The notes beneath the pieces are model-generated. The model ran no database searches, was not told the DNA's origin, and worked only from the letters and a program-made list of their open reading frames with translations. DNA of 64,000 nucleotides from Candidatus Bathyarchaeota archaeon (GTDB taxonomy: Archaea > Thermoproteota > Bathyarchaeia > TCS64), in contig CAVYLP010000001.1 in NCBI GenBank assembly GCA_963769425.1, positions 288,001 through 352,000 of the forward strand, read 5' to 3'. A program made the position numbers and the translations under genes. Within the stretch, counting starts at the first letter, position 1. Each line of letters opens with the position of its first letter. This document shows positions 30,705 through 40,069 of the stretch, in pieces.

Positions 30705-31649
30705 TTGTATATTCAAATGGATTGTCAGAGGGGCGGTTTGACTTCGTCTTCTTTTGATGCCGAGCAGAAGATACAATTCGACTCATCAGGGTTTGATGCT
30801 GCAGTTGCTTATCTTGAGGAAAAAAATCAGGAGACCCTCAAAGTACTAGTGGAAAGTCGAGGGGGTCGATTCGCTTACTCCCATTTTAGATGGTCTAACT
30901 TCGAATCACGTGAAACACCGGAGGAATTCTGGGTTAGGACCCTCGGAAAGATACTAAACGTGAGGGATGCGATTCATGACACCTCCAGAGTGAGGGACTA
31001 CATCCTAGCTCAGAGCCAGTCAGAATGGCTACCCGACGTCCTCGAGTACCTACCCGAAGGCCACAGATTCGATTCGACAATCCATCTAAACATCGGCTAC
31101 GACAACATCTCCTACGCGAAGGACGTCGCCCTCAACCTCAACAACCAATCCTTCCACGCCGACCCCAGAGAATCCATCTATTACCTCATGCACGAGCTAG
31201 CACACTCCGGGTACTTCAGCTACCACGCCGCCCCGAACTTATCCGGGCCGAGAACCTTCGCCGAGCTAGCAGCCAATGTGCGGTTCCTTACCCACCTTGA
31301 AGGAATGGGTGTGCTAACCCCCCTAAAGAAGAGGACCGAGGAGGGCGGGCTCGGGGATCCGGATTACCTCGCCTTGCTCAACCCAGTCGAAACGAGGAGG
31401 AGGCTCGATGCTTTCCTCGAGAAGCTCTCTTGGCTTGAGGAGGAGCCGGATCGTAAGGTTGTGAAAGATGACCTCAACGTTTACGACGAGTTGAGCCGAA
31501 AGCCACTGAGGCTTTGGTATGTGGCGGGGTGTGAGATAGCCCGCGTCATCGAGTCGGGAAGGGGACGAGGGACGCTGCGTGAGTTGGTGAGGGTGGGGGG
31601 CGACGAGTTCTTCGCCTCGTATCGGAGCATCTGCGCTGGATCTGCTTGA
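30705..31649 (+). CDS. Putative Zn-dependent protease (DUF5700-like)
   Basis: YLPEG, IGYD, YLMHELAH (HExxH), HLEG, WYVAG. Confidence 0.7.
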   Translation: MYIQMDCQRGGLTSSSFDAEQKIQFDSSGFDAAVAYLEEKNQETLKVLVESRGGRFAYSHFRWSNFESRETPEEFWVRTLGKILNVRDAIHDTSRVRDYILAQSQSEWLPDVLEYLPEGHRFDSTIHLNIGYDNISYAKDVALNLNNQSFHADPRESIYYLMHELAHSGYFSYHAAPNLSGPRTFAELAANVRFLTHLEGMGVLTPLKKRTEEGGLGDPDYLALLNPVETRRRLDAFLEKLSWLEEEPDRKVVKDDLNVYDELSRKPLRLWYVAGCEIARVIESGRGRGTLRELVRVGGDEFFASYRSICAGSA

Positions 31650-31693
31650 TCTGGGAAAGCTAATATTGGGGCTCTAATTGTTGCTATGTCTGG

Positions 31694-31779
31694 GCAGAGG
31701 TGCCAGAGCGGTTATTGGGCTAGTCTCGAAAACTAGTGGCCTTTGAGCCTCAAGGGTTCGAATCCCTTCCTCTGCGCCA
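31694..31779 (+). tRNA. tRNA-Ser(CGA)
   Basis: GCAGAGG/CCTCTGC acceptor stem, CTAGT-CT CGA AA-ACTAG anticodon arm, long variable arm, GGTTCGAATCC, encoded CCA. Confidence 0.93.
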
Positions 31780-31799
31780 CAGTCCCTTCCTTTAGGTAT

Positions 31800-32678
31800 G
31801 ATGATTTGTTGAATATCTAAAGGAAAAGAGACTCGAAGAATCAACAATTGAAGCAAAGATTAAACTCGTCAAGCATCTAGCATCCAAATTCAATCTCTGG
31901 GATTCTGATTCAATCAGAAAATACATCTACGAATGCGAAGTGGGGTGGACGTAGGAAGAATAACGCGGGATACGCCTATCAGGATTGGTGCAAGTGGAAG
32001 GGTTTCGAGTTTAAGTTTGAGAATTTCAGAGAAGAAACACAGGCTCTACCATACATTCCACTAGAGAAGGAAATTCGATCAATTAATAGCGGGATTTGGT
32101 CCGACCTATTCCTGTTTACTTCAATTGATCAAGGAGTCGGGTTTCAGATTAGCTGAGACTTTGACACTTAACACGTATCTGATATTGATTTTGAACGAAA
32201 TGTAATTACTCTCAATTCACCTGCAAAGCATAGCAATCCTAGACAGTTCAGAATGTCATCAATGCTTAACGCAATGTGTTAAGGAGAACGATAGCAAGAA
32301 AGGAGTTCAAGGAACGGATCTGGGATGCTAAGCCTAACTCCATCCGTTACACATTCATTGGTTAAACGTAGATACTTAGCTATTAAACTCGGAAATCCTT
32401 GACTCTTGAAGTATCTCAATCAAGACCTTTAGACATTGGAAGGCAACTATGGAATATCACAGAACTAAGGACATTCTTTATACGTTAAGGAAATGCTTGG
32501 ACACAAATTCAATCAAGAATACCCTAATTTATACGCATCTTGTGGGACTTCGGAAGAAGAAAATTCATACACCATTAAAGTAGCCTCAACCATCGACGAA
32601 TTCACCCCGCTTCTCGAATCAGGCTTCGAGTACGTGTCCGACTTCGAGGGGAAGAAGGTGCGGAGGAAGAGGAAGTAG
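31800..32678 (+). pseudogene. Tyrosine recombinase/integrase, multiply frameshifted
   Basis: Pieces LPYIPLEKEI, IKESGFR, IDFERN..TLNSPAK, KTFRHWKATMEYHRTKDILY, MLGHK, TLIYTHL, LLESGFEYV lie in different frames. Confidence 0.88.
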
Positions 32679-32715
32679 GTCTTCAGGTCTTGAAACAACG
32701 ACAGAGTATCGACTA

Positions 32716-32764
32716 GATCTCCAAACCATTTTTGGGTTCAACTTTTACAAGTTTTATAAAATTT
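32716..32764 (+). repeat. Left imperfect inverted repeat of the AT-rich cassette (partner 38703-38754)
   Basis: TTTTACAAGTTTTA at 32743-32756 is the reverse complement of 38710-38723; GATCTCC also shared. Confidence 0.6.
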
Positions 32765-32866
32765 ACAATTTTTAATTTGGTTTTACGGAATAAATAGTTT
32801 ATAATATTTTTTAGAAGAAACCAATTTGAAATTAATTTATAGTCGATTAAGAGTAGTCTTCAATTA

Positions 32867-34144
32867 ATGGTTGAAATCATTCGGGAATCCAGTAATTTAG
32901 AACCACTTCTAAAAGGTTTCATTGACGCTACAAATACTAAATATTTTGGCAATTCCTTGAACATCCTCTTCTTAAATGGTTCCATATTAGAAGTCTTTGA
33001 AAATAGTGGGATATGCTGCTTAATCAGCATGAGCGGAGCAGATAATAAAATTGAAGAAAGCATTGATTTGATCGAGGGTAAGTCGAAAACTGACGTAGTT
33101 CCATTTATTAAAGAAATTAGTAAAGTAATTCTTCCTCGCATAATCTTGGCCTACAAGCAAAGTGTCAGTTCTGTGGATAAGAATCAAGATGAATTACATA
33201 TTACGGCAGGTATTGTTGCATCGTTTATGACTACTATGCCGGAATTAGAGGCAAAGATAAAAGAAATGACGGGATTTTTCATTAATGGAGCCTTTCTGTT
33301 CTCAGATCTATTCGTAGTAGAAGCTTACAAAGGGTTTTCAGAAATTAAGAAATCTCATCTTCGCTCTGGCATTAGTACGGGTGCCTACGAAGAAATGATT
33401 CACCAACTGTCAAAACTTGCGATAATCGAACCCAAAATCAGGATCAGTGTTTGCCCCTATTGCATGAATAATGAATTAGTAGTTTCTAAGTATCCACAAG
33501 TCAATGATACATGTCCAAAATGCGGAAATAAATGGTCGAATAGCGTGTTATATCTATTCAATGAACAATTTGGGAAAGTTAAGTCAATAAATGCGGATCT
33601 CCCCCTATTTATTTCAAGTTATTTAAAGCACCAAACTGCAATACAATCTTTAGGCGAAGAATTAACTATATTTCCTAATGCTGTCATTAAACTTGAAGGA
33701 AAAAATGTAGAAGTTGATGTATATATTCCAAGATATAATATCGGTATAGAGTGTAAAAATTATTTATCCACTTCTATACCCGACACGCCAACACGGGCTA
33801 AAAGTATCGCTGGAGAGTTAAAACAACAAATACTAAATTATAAAGAAGTTGGGATAGAAAATATTTACATAATAGCCAATCTCTCAACGAAAACTCTTGA
33901 GAGAGTTAATGTTGAATTAATTGATTCATTTAAGAAAAAGAAACTAATTATGCCTAAAGTGACAATTATTCAAGGAGATCCAAACTCGGTGATAAAACTT
34001 CTAAATGAACTGAGTGCCTCAATTAGTATGGATTTTAAAAAGAATTTCGAGACGATGTTTCAAAATATCCCTGTCTTAGATACTACAGACAATATGAATA
34101 AAAAGGAAAAATCAAAGACCGAACAATCTAAAAAAATAGATTAA
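32867..34144 (+). CDS. Putative PD-(D/E)xK nuclease with Zn finger
   Basis: CPYC-x14-CPKC; EVDVY-x7-IECKN nuclease-like motif; AT-rich. Confidence 0.65.
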   Translation: MVEIIRESSNLEPLLKGFIDATNTKYFGNSLNILFLNGSILEVFENSGICCLISMSGADNKIEESIDLIEGKSKTDVVPFIKEISKVILPRIILAYKQSVSSVDKNQDELHITAGIVASFMTTMPELEAKIKEMTGFFINGAFLFSDLFVVEAYKGFSEIKKSHLRSGISTGAYEEMIHQLSKLAIIEPKIRISVCPYCMNNELVVSKYPQVNDTCPKCGNKWSNSVLYLFNEQFGKVKSINADLPLFISSYLKHQTAIQSLGEELTIFPNAVIKLEGKNVEVDVYIPRYNIGIECKNYLSTSIPDTPTRAKSIAGELKQQILNYKEVGIENIYIIANLSTKTLERVNVELIDSFKKKKLIMPKVTIIQGDPNSVIKLLNELSASISMDFKKNFETMFQNIPVLDTTDNMNKKEKSKTEQSKKID

Positions 34145-34444
34145 ATTTCTATTAAATATTTTTGTGCATACTTGTCGGGTCTTGTCTATACTTTAACTTG
34201 TGAGCATCTCGATATCATTATAGCACATATCGAAATTTTTCGATATCACTTTGAGGTACCGAACAATATCAAATTATTTGATTTAATTTATGACACACAA
34301 CCAGACCCGGCAAGCGCAGGAACTGACCCCTCGCGGCGGGACTGGAAAATTGAGATGTCAAGATATTCCAATCTCAAGACCACGCGCAAGTTAAAGAGAT
34401 GTATTTTGAAAAAATATTAATATTTATCTGAACTAAACGAGTGT

Positions 34445-35545
34445 ATGGGTGTTAAAAAGCCTGTCCCCGAAGGAATAAATGAATACATTTTTAATCAAAT
34501 TAAAACTCATCAAAATATACCTCAGTCTTTTCATACTGAAGATATTATTCGAGGTAATTTGTTATGTAAGTTTTTATCATGCACAAGCATCGAAGAGAGA
34601 TTCAATTTAAGTTTTAGAATATTTAAGAAAGTTCTATCAAGACACGCTAAAAATCAACCATTCTACGAAGTTTTAAAATATGCAGGTAAGATTGAAAGCG
34701 GAATACAGATATTCAATCCAACTCTCAGGGACCATCTAACCCACTCAGTTTATGTTTATCTTTTAGGTTTATCCGTGCTCCCGCCACAATTTCATAATCG
34801 TTTTGATCTTCAAGAAGAGAATATTGGATTTCAGTGGAAACTAGCCTCGCTATTGCATGACGTGGGAAGTCCCCCTTCGTTACTTTGTTACTCAATGAAG
34901 AGCTATTTGGATAGACTTCAAAAAGACTCAACCTTCGATTTTTTTTATCCGAAAATTTCAATTCAGAATCTAGAAACTCTACATAAAAGACCTAGAAGTC
35001 CAAATAATTCCTTCACTCTTATTGAACGCAAACTGACAGAATGGGATATTGATTTTGATATACGAGAAGAATTTAAAAAAGGCCTAAAAAAAGGCGATAT
35101 TGATCATGGTATTTTAGGCGCACTCCTAGTTTTAAAAATAATTGATGACAAATACTGTCAAAATAACCCCAATCATTATGTTCACGAAAATGAGTTCATT
35201 GAAAATGAAAGAGAGAAAGAGGCTTGGAGTAGACATTTTTTTGATGATGATGTTGTTGCTGCCGCAACAGCCATCTCAGTTCATAATATAATCGATAGAA
35301 CGGATTCAATAATCAAATTCGAAAAAACTCCCATATTATATTTATTAATTCTTGCTGATACATTGCAGGAATGGGACAGATATTCCCCAAAAGCTAGAAT
35401 GTCTGATCCCTATGCGTTATCTATTCAATTCGAAGGTGAACAACTAAATGCAGATTTACACTTGAGCAATCGGAAAAAACAATCAATACAAATGACCCTT
35501 AAAAAATTATTAATTAACGATGGACCTGAGATTGTTGTCCGATAG
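34445..35545 (+). CDS. HD-domain metal-dependent phosphohydrolase (HD-CE-like)
   Basis: RDHLTHS, LLHDVG, DHG, AISVH, LILADTLQEWDR. Confidence 0.75.
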   Translation: MGVKKPVPEGINEYIFNQIKTHQNIPQSFHTEDIIRGNLLCKFLSCTSIEERFNLSFRIFKKVLSRHAKNQPFYEVLKYAGKIESGIQIFNPTLRDHLTHSVYVYLLGLSVLPPQFHNRFDLQEENIGFQWKLASLLHDVGSPPSLLCYSMKSYLDRLQKDSTFDFFYPKISIQNLETLHKRPRSPNNSFTLIERKLTEWDIDFDIREEFKKGLKKGDIDHGILGALLVLKIIDDKYCQNNPNHYVHENEFIENEREKEAWSRHFFDDDVVAAATAISVHNIIDRTDSIIKFEKTPILYLLILADTLQEWDRYSPKARMSDPYALSIQFEGEQLNADLHLSNRKKQSIQMTLKKLLINDGPEIVVR

Positions 35546-35582
35546 ATTCCTTTTATACGCGTATGCGCGCGCGCTTTGATAA

Positions 35583-38411
35583 TTAAGGCATATTTGTCAC
35601 ATGAGAATAAATTAATGAATATAACTGTTCTAATTCTGACTTTGATACATTAAGTTGTAATATTGACGCCATAAATATATCTAACTCAATTCTACTTTTT
35701 TCACTACTCTTAAGTTGTTCTAAAATGCATTTATTATTACAACTTCGAATATTATTGAAATACTCTCCAATTAGTTTTTTTGATTCTTCTCCAATTTTAT
35801 CAAAATCAGGAATATACATATTTTTTAAATCTAATTGTTTTATTTCTAGGTATCCTCTTGTTGATTGTTTAGTAAACATTAGAAATTGTATCAAATAATA
35901 AATCGAATTAAAATATAATGTCAATGCTTTAGAAGAAAATTCATCTCCTTTGTAGAGCATTAAGAGATTTAATGGACAATATTTATCTTCGGTATATACA
36001 GCCATAGAAAATAAATTATTAGATTTTAACCATAGTCTATTTTGTATGAATAACTTACCTTTATCAGTTATATTCAATTTTTCTTTAAGAACATAATCGT
36101 GTTTTCCTGTAATATCATATACATTTATGCCGACTAGAGTTCTTAGAGTTTTTTCAACTTCCCTTTTTGATATTATTGATGTAGTAGCCGCCTTTTTATT
36201 GTAATAAGTAAGATTATCTTTAGTATCATCAGTAGGTTTAAACGTTAATAGAAACTTAACATCTTTATCAGATATTCTATCTCTAGTAAAAACAGATCTA
36301 TCGACAACACCTTTAGGTCTTAACTGATGACCATCTCTAATTAAACCACCATCCATTTTTATAGTAAAATTACTTTTCTCTAATATTTTATAAATTTTTT
36401 CTGATTGATTTTTAAAATCTATTTCATTTGTAAAAACGTACTTCATTAAATTATCTACATTGTCAAATAATTCTTTCTGTAATACTTCATAGTAGAGATA
36501 TTCTTTTTTATTATTTGATTCATTTAATTCGCTTTTAATATTTCGTACTAAATTATCAATTTCAGTACTACTCCATTCTGTTAAATCTTCTTTTAAACAT
36601 ATTATTTTTACTTTATGATCACTATCAGGAATACCTTTTTTAGCTATAAATATAATATCTGTAAATTCAGAATCTTCACTAAACGGTTTTCCCACTAAAG
36701 ATTTAATGATGTATTCAATTGAATAAGAAGTTAGGTAAAATTTTCTAAGTTTCAAGGTATCTTTTCCATGTAAAAGACTTATTGGTATTATTGCTCCTAT
36801 TTTACCTCCTACTTTTAAGACCTTATCCGTTAATACTAAAAAATGACCCCAAAGATTAATACGTCTTCCGCAAATATTGCTTGTAGACTTTTTTATAAAC
36901 TCATCTTTATACATAGGTGGAAGTTGTCTAATACTCGTAAATGGTGGATTGACAACTACACAGTTTACTTTATTTAGTAGAAATGTTTTAGGCTCTGAAA
37001 TAATTTCAACTTTATGTGGCACAAAATCATAAAGAGTTTTTGCCGATAATCTAAGTCGACGAATTTCGTCACTGATATCTCCATACGATTCTTTTATTGA
37101 TATTGGGCTTTCTAAAGATTCGATACTCAAAGAGTTCATAACTGCTATTCTAATAAAATTCGTCGGAGCACGTATATTTTTTGCAGAGAGATTTAAACCG
37201 GATAAATGGCAAGCGAACGGCATAATATCCGTTCCCGTCAAATCATTTTCAATAAATTTTTTATGTAAAATATCTTTTTGGGTTGGACTAATATCTTTAA
37301 TATTTTGATAAAGTCTTATTTTTCGTTCATAGCTTGAAACAAGAAGTGTTCCAGAGCCACACGCTAAATCCCATACCGTATCATCATATTTATCTATAGT
37401 TAAAGATGCTAAAAGGTCAGCCGAAGCGGTTTTGGTGTAATACGAGGCCAAAATCTCTCTTGTTTCTTTAGGGAGTGCATTCCCTATCAGTCTGCCATAT
37501 ACATCATGTTTCATCTCAGAAAGCTTTAATGGAATTAAACATTCAATTAGTTTATTTATTTCTTGAGTGATATCAGCATTAGAGGGGATTCTAGACACTA
37601 CTTCAATATCATAGATTGGGCGATAATCTATGGCTCTTATTCTATCAAAATAATTATTTAATTCTCCAAGATATTTTATTTTTTCTATTTCTGGTACTTT
37701 TTTTATGCCTTTTACTGAACCTGATTGTTTTGAATAAAAAAAATAAAATAGTATTTGGTTTGTGAGTATATATGCGAGTAAATCAATTGTTTGATTTCTA
37801 ATTTTTGATTTTCCTATTTTTGGGTTAGTAAGGGTAATGAATAGACCATAGTCTTTAGTTAGATGGTTTTTTATTTCATCAAGTGATTTTTCATTTTTAT
37901 AATGTTTATTCAATAACTTCGATAATGCTTTAACACTTTGTTGAATTATTGAAGATGCTGTTTCAACTCTCACAGTTGCAACTATTTGCTGATCTATTTT
38001 ATTTTTTAAAGTTGAAAATATTTCTTCTACATTCATTTTTGATTCATAACTATGCCAATTTTCAGTTAAGATTACAGATTCTACATGTATATTTAACGCT
38101 CTTTCTTTAACTTCTTGTAAAATATCAATCTTATTACTAGTAAACGAGGGATAAGAAATAACAATCATATTTGGAGTATTATACTGAATAGAATAATTAT
38201 AGACTTGAATAATTCCATCAATTAAGGTTTTAGAATCATCTTTATGATCAATTTTGACTTCCAAAATATAACTATTTTTCTCATATTTTATCAATAAATC
38301 ATAATAATTCTTCTCATTTTTTAATTCTTGTGCAACGATAAAATCCATATCTTCAAGTAATTGTAATATTGGTGCATACAGACTTCTTTCAACAGGATGT
38401 AGCGAATCCAT
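35583..38411 (-). CDS. Type IIG-like fused restriction endonuclease/N6-adenine methyltransferase
   Basis: N-terminal YDLLI..ILEVK; YYT, WDLACGSGTLL, GTDI, VNPPF; C-terminal TRD-like region. Confidence 0.85.
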   Translation of the reverse strand: MDSLHPVERSLYAPILQLLEDMDFIVAQELKNEKNYYDLLIKYEKNSYILEVKIDHKDDSKTLIDGIIQVYNYSIQYNTPNMIVISYPSFTSNKIDILQEVKERALNIHVESVILTENWHSYESKMNVEEIFSTLKNKIDQQIVATVRVETASSIIQQSVKALSKLLNKHYKNEKSLDEIKNHLTKDYGLFITLTNPKIGKSKIRNQTIDLLAYILTNQILFYFFYSKQSGSVKGIKKVPEIEKIKYLGELNNYFDRIRAIDYRPIYDIEVVSRIPSNADITQEINKLIECLIPLKLSEMKHDVYGRLIGNALPKETREILASYYTKTASADLLASLTIDKYDDTVWDLACGSGTLLVSSYERKIRLYQNIKDISPTQKDILHKKFIENDLTGTDIMPFACHLSGLNLSAKNIRAPTNFIRIAVMNSLSIESLESPISIKESYGDISDEIRRLRLSAKTLYDFVPHKVEIISEPKTFLLNKVNCVVVNPPFTSIRQLPPMYKDEFIKKSTSNICGRRINLWGHFLVLTDKVLKVGGKIGAIIPISLLHGKDTLKLRKFYLTSYSIEYIIKSLVGKPFSEDSEFTDIIFIAKKGIPDSDHKVKIICLKEDLTEWSSTEIDNLVRNIKSELNESNNKKEYLYYEVLQKELFDNVDNLMKYVFTNEIDFKNQSEKIYKILEKSNFTIKMDGGLIRDGHQLRPKGVVDRSVFTRDRISDKDVKFLLTFKPTDDTKDNLTYYNKKAATTSIISKREVEKTLRTLVGINVYDITGKHDYVLKEKLNITDKGKLFIQNRLWLKSNNLFSMAVYTEDKYCPLNLLMLYKGDEFSSKALTLYFNSIYYLIQFLMFTKQSTRGYLEIKQLDLKNMYIPDFDKIGEESKKLIGEYFNNIRSCNNKCILEQLKSSEKSRIELDIFMASILQLNVSKSELEQLYSLIYSHVTNMP

Positions 38412-38702
38412 TACTTAACTACCCTTTTTTTATCTAGATATTCCTTTAAAGATTCATTGTATATTTGAGTGTCCGATTTATCATTATCTAATCCATATTG
38501 TTTGATTCTTTTCAATAGTGATTTAGGTAACCTAAAGGTAGTTTTTACTAATTCTTCTTCGGGCAATATTTGACATATTATCATTTAAGTATTAAAAGTA
38601 TGCCGTAAATATGGCATGGACTAACAAAAGATGGTATATCAAATTAGGGTAAACTAGTTCCATTATTTTGAAAAGAAGTTGATTTTACATATTGCTCTCG
38701 TC

Positions 38703-38754
38703 AAATTTGTAAAACTTGTAAAACCGAATCAAACTGATTTTGGAATAGGAGATC
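38703..38754 (-). repeat. Right imperfect inverted repeat of the AT-rich cassette
   Basis: Reverse complement matches 32716-32764. Confidence 0.6.
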
Positions 38755-38911
38755 CGTGTACAGCCTTGCCCCTAAAAAGGGAAATAACGCATATATTTAG
38801 TAGCGTCGAAGGCATTCGACCATATCTGGATCCAGTCTCAGGGCGTGCTAGCACGGTTTTTTGTGTGGAAAATATTTTCTAGTCGATGGGAGAATTGGAC
38901 GACGACACAAC

Positions 38912-39808
38912 ATGGCTGGAAAGAAGGTTGGCAAAGACTCCGGTTACATCTTCGCGAACCCCATGGTGGAGCGGAAGAGGAAGACCGTGAAGCCGGGTCA
39001 GATACTCATCGACAACCACAAGTCGGGGGTCATCGTCGCCGATAACAAGGAGAGCCCCTGGTACAAGGCAACGTACTACGCGCACGGGAGCATCCTGCAG
39101 GACGAGGAGGGCAAGCTCATCCGGCAGGCGGCGTTCGTCGAGACGATCGACGCCGACGGCGACGTGACGTGGAGCATCCTCTGGGAGCCGAGCGATGGGA
39201 AGCCCACCTACCACTTCGTAGTCGGCACTGGGAAGTGGAAGGGCATAGCCGGCGAGGCGGTCATCACGGGCACGCAGAGCCGCGCCGACGAAGGCACGAT
39301 GCCGAACTACGAGATGAACTGGGAGATCGACGAGAAGAACGACCAGACGATACCGGCGTTCGATCCCAAGGGCCCATACACGAACAAGGCTTCGAGCCTG
39401 AGCTTCCACGGACCCCACGTCACCGAGTCGATAAGGGAACTATCCAACGGGCTGAAGCTCATCATTAACACGCAGATAGGTGTTCTACTGCCTGAGGACC
39501 CGGCGGTCCCTAGCCCACGCGGTTACGCGGCCAGCAACGACAACGGGGTGACCGTGTGGAAGGATGGGGAGAGGCTCGCCGACGTGATGCTGCTCGAGGA
39601 CTGCGACGCGGAGGGCGACATGTCGTGGCTCTGCCACGTCTGGTGGTACGCGAGGGGCCGCGGGCTATACAAGTTCGTCGGAGGCACCGGAAAGTGGGAG
39701 GGCATCAGGGGCGAGGGAACGACGCTCCCCGCGATTCTCAAGCCTCGAACCGACGACTACCACTTCCTCAGATCGGGGATACAGTGGAGAATAGACAACC
39801 CCAGCTAA
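38912..39808 (+). CDS. Hypothetical protein with two tandem beta-rich repeats
   Basis: DADGD.TW...YHFVVGTGKWKGIAGE and DAEGD.SW...YKFVGGTGKWEGIRGE; strong GC3 bias. Confidence 0.8.
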   Translation: MAGKKVGKDSGYIFANPMVERKRKTVKPGQILIDNHKSGVIVADNKESPWYKATYYAHGSILQDEEGKLIRQAAFVETIDADGDVTWSILWEPSDGKPTYHFVVGTGKWKGIAGEAVITGTQSRADEGTMPNYEMNWEIDEKNDQTIPAFDPKGPYTNKASSLSFHGPHVTESIRELSNGLKLIINTQIGVLLPEDPAVPSPRGYAASNDNGVTVWKDGERLADVMLLEDCDAEGDMSWLCHVWWYARGRGLYKFVGGTGKWEGIRGEGTTLPAILKPRTDDYHFLRSGIQWRIDNPS

Positions 39809-40069
39809 GAACCGGGATTGTTTAAGATACTAAGTCTTTTTCGCCTTCACGGGAACGAATTAACTGAAATATGAAAAATTTGAATTTAATACATGGAAGT
39901 TATCACTTTGCGCTTCTACTAATTACTAATTATAATATTTTTAGGCGTATTTTTCAAAAAGAAACTTAAATATTAGACTTTATTAGCTGGAGTAAGAAAA
40001 TGTCAAAGAAATCTATAATACATCTCATTTAAAATACGCTCGCTAGGAATTATCCTAATTAGTTTGGGG

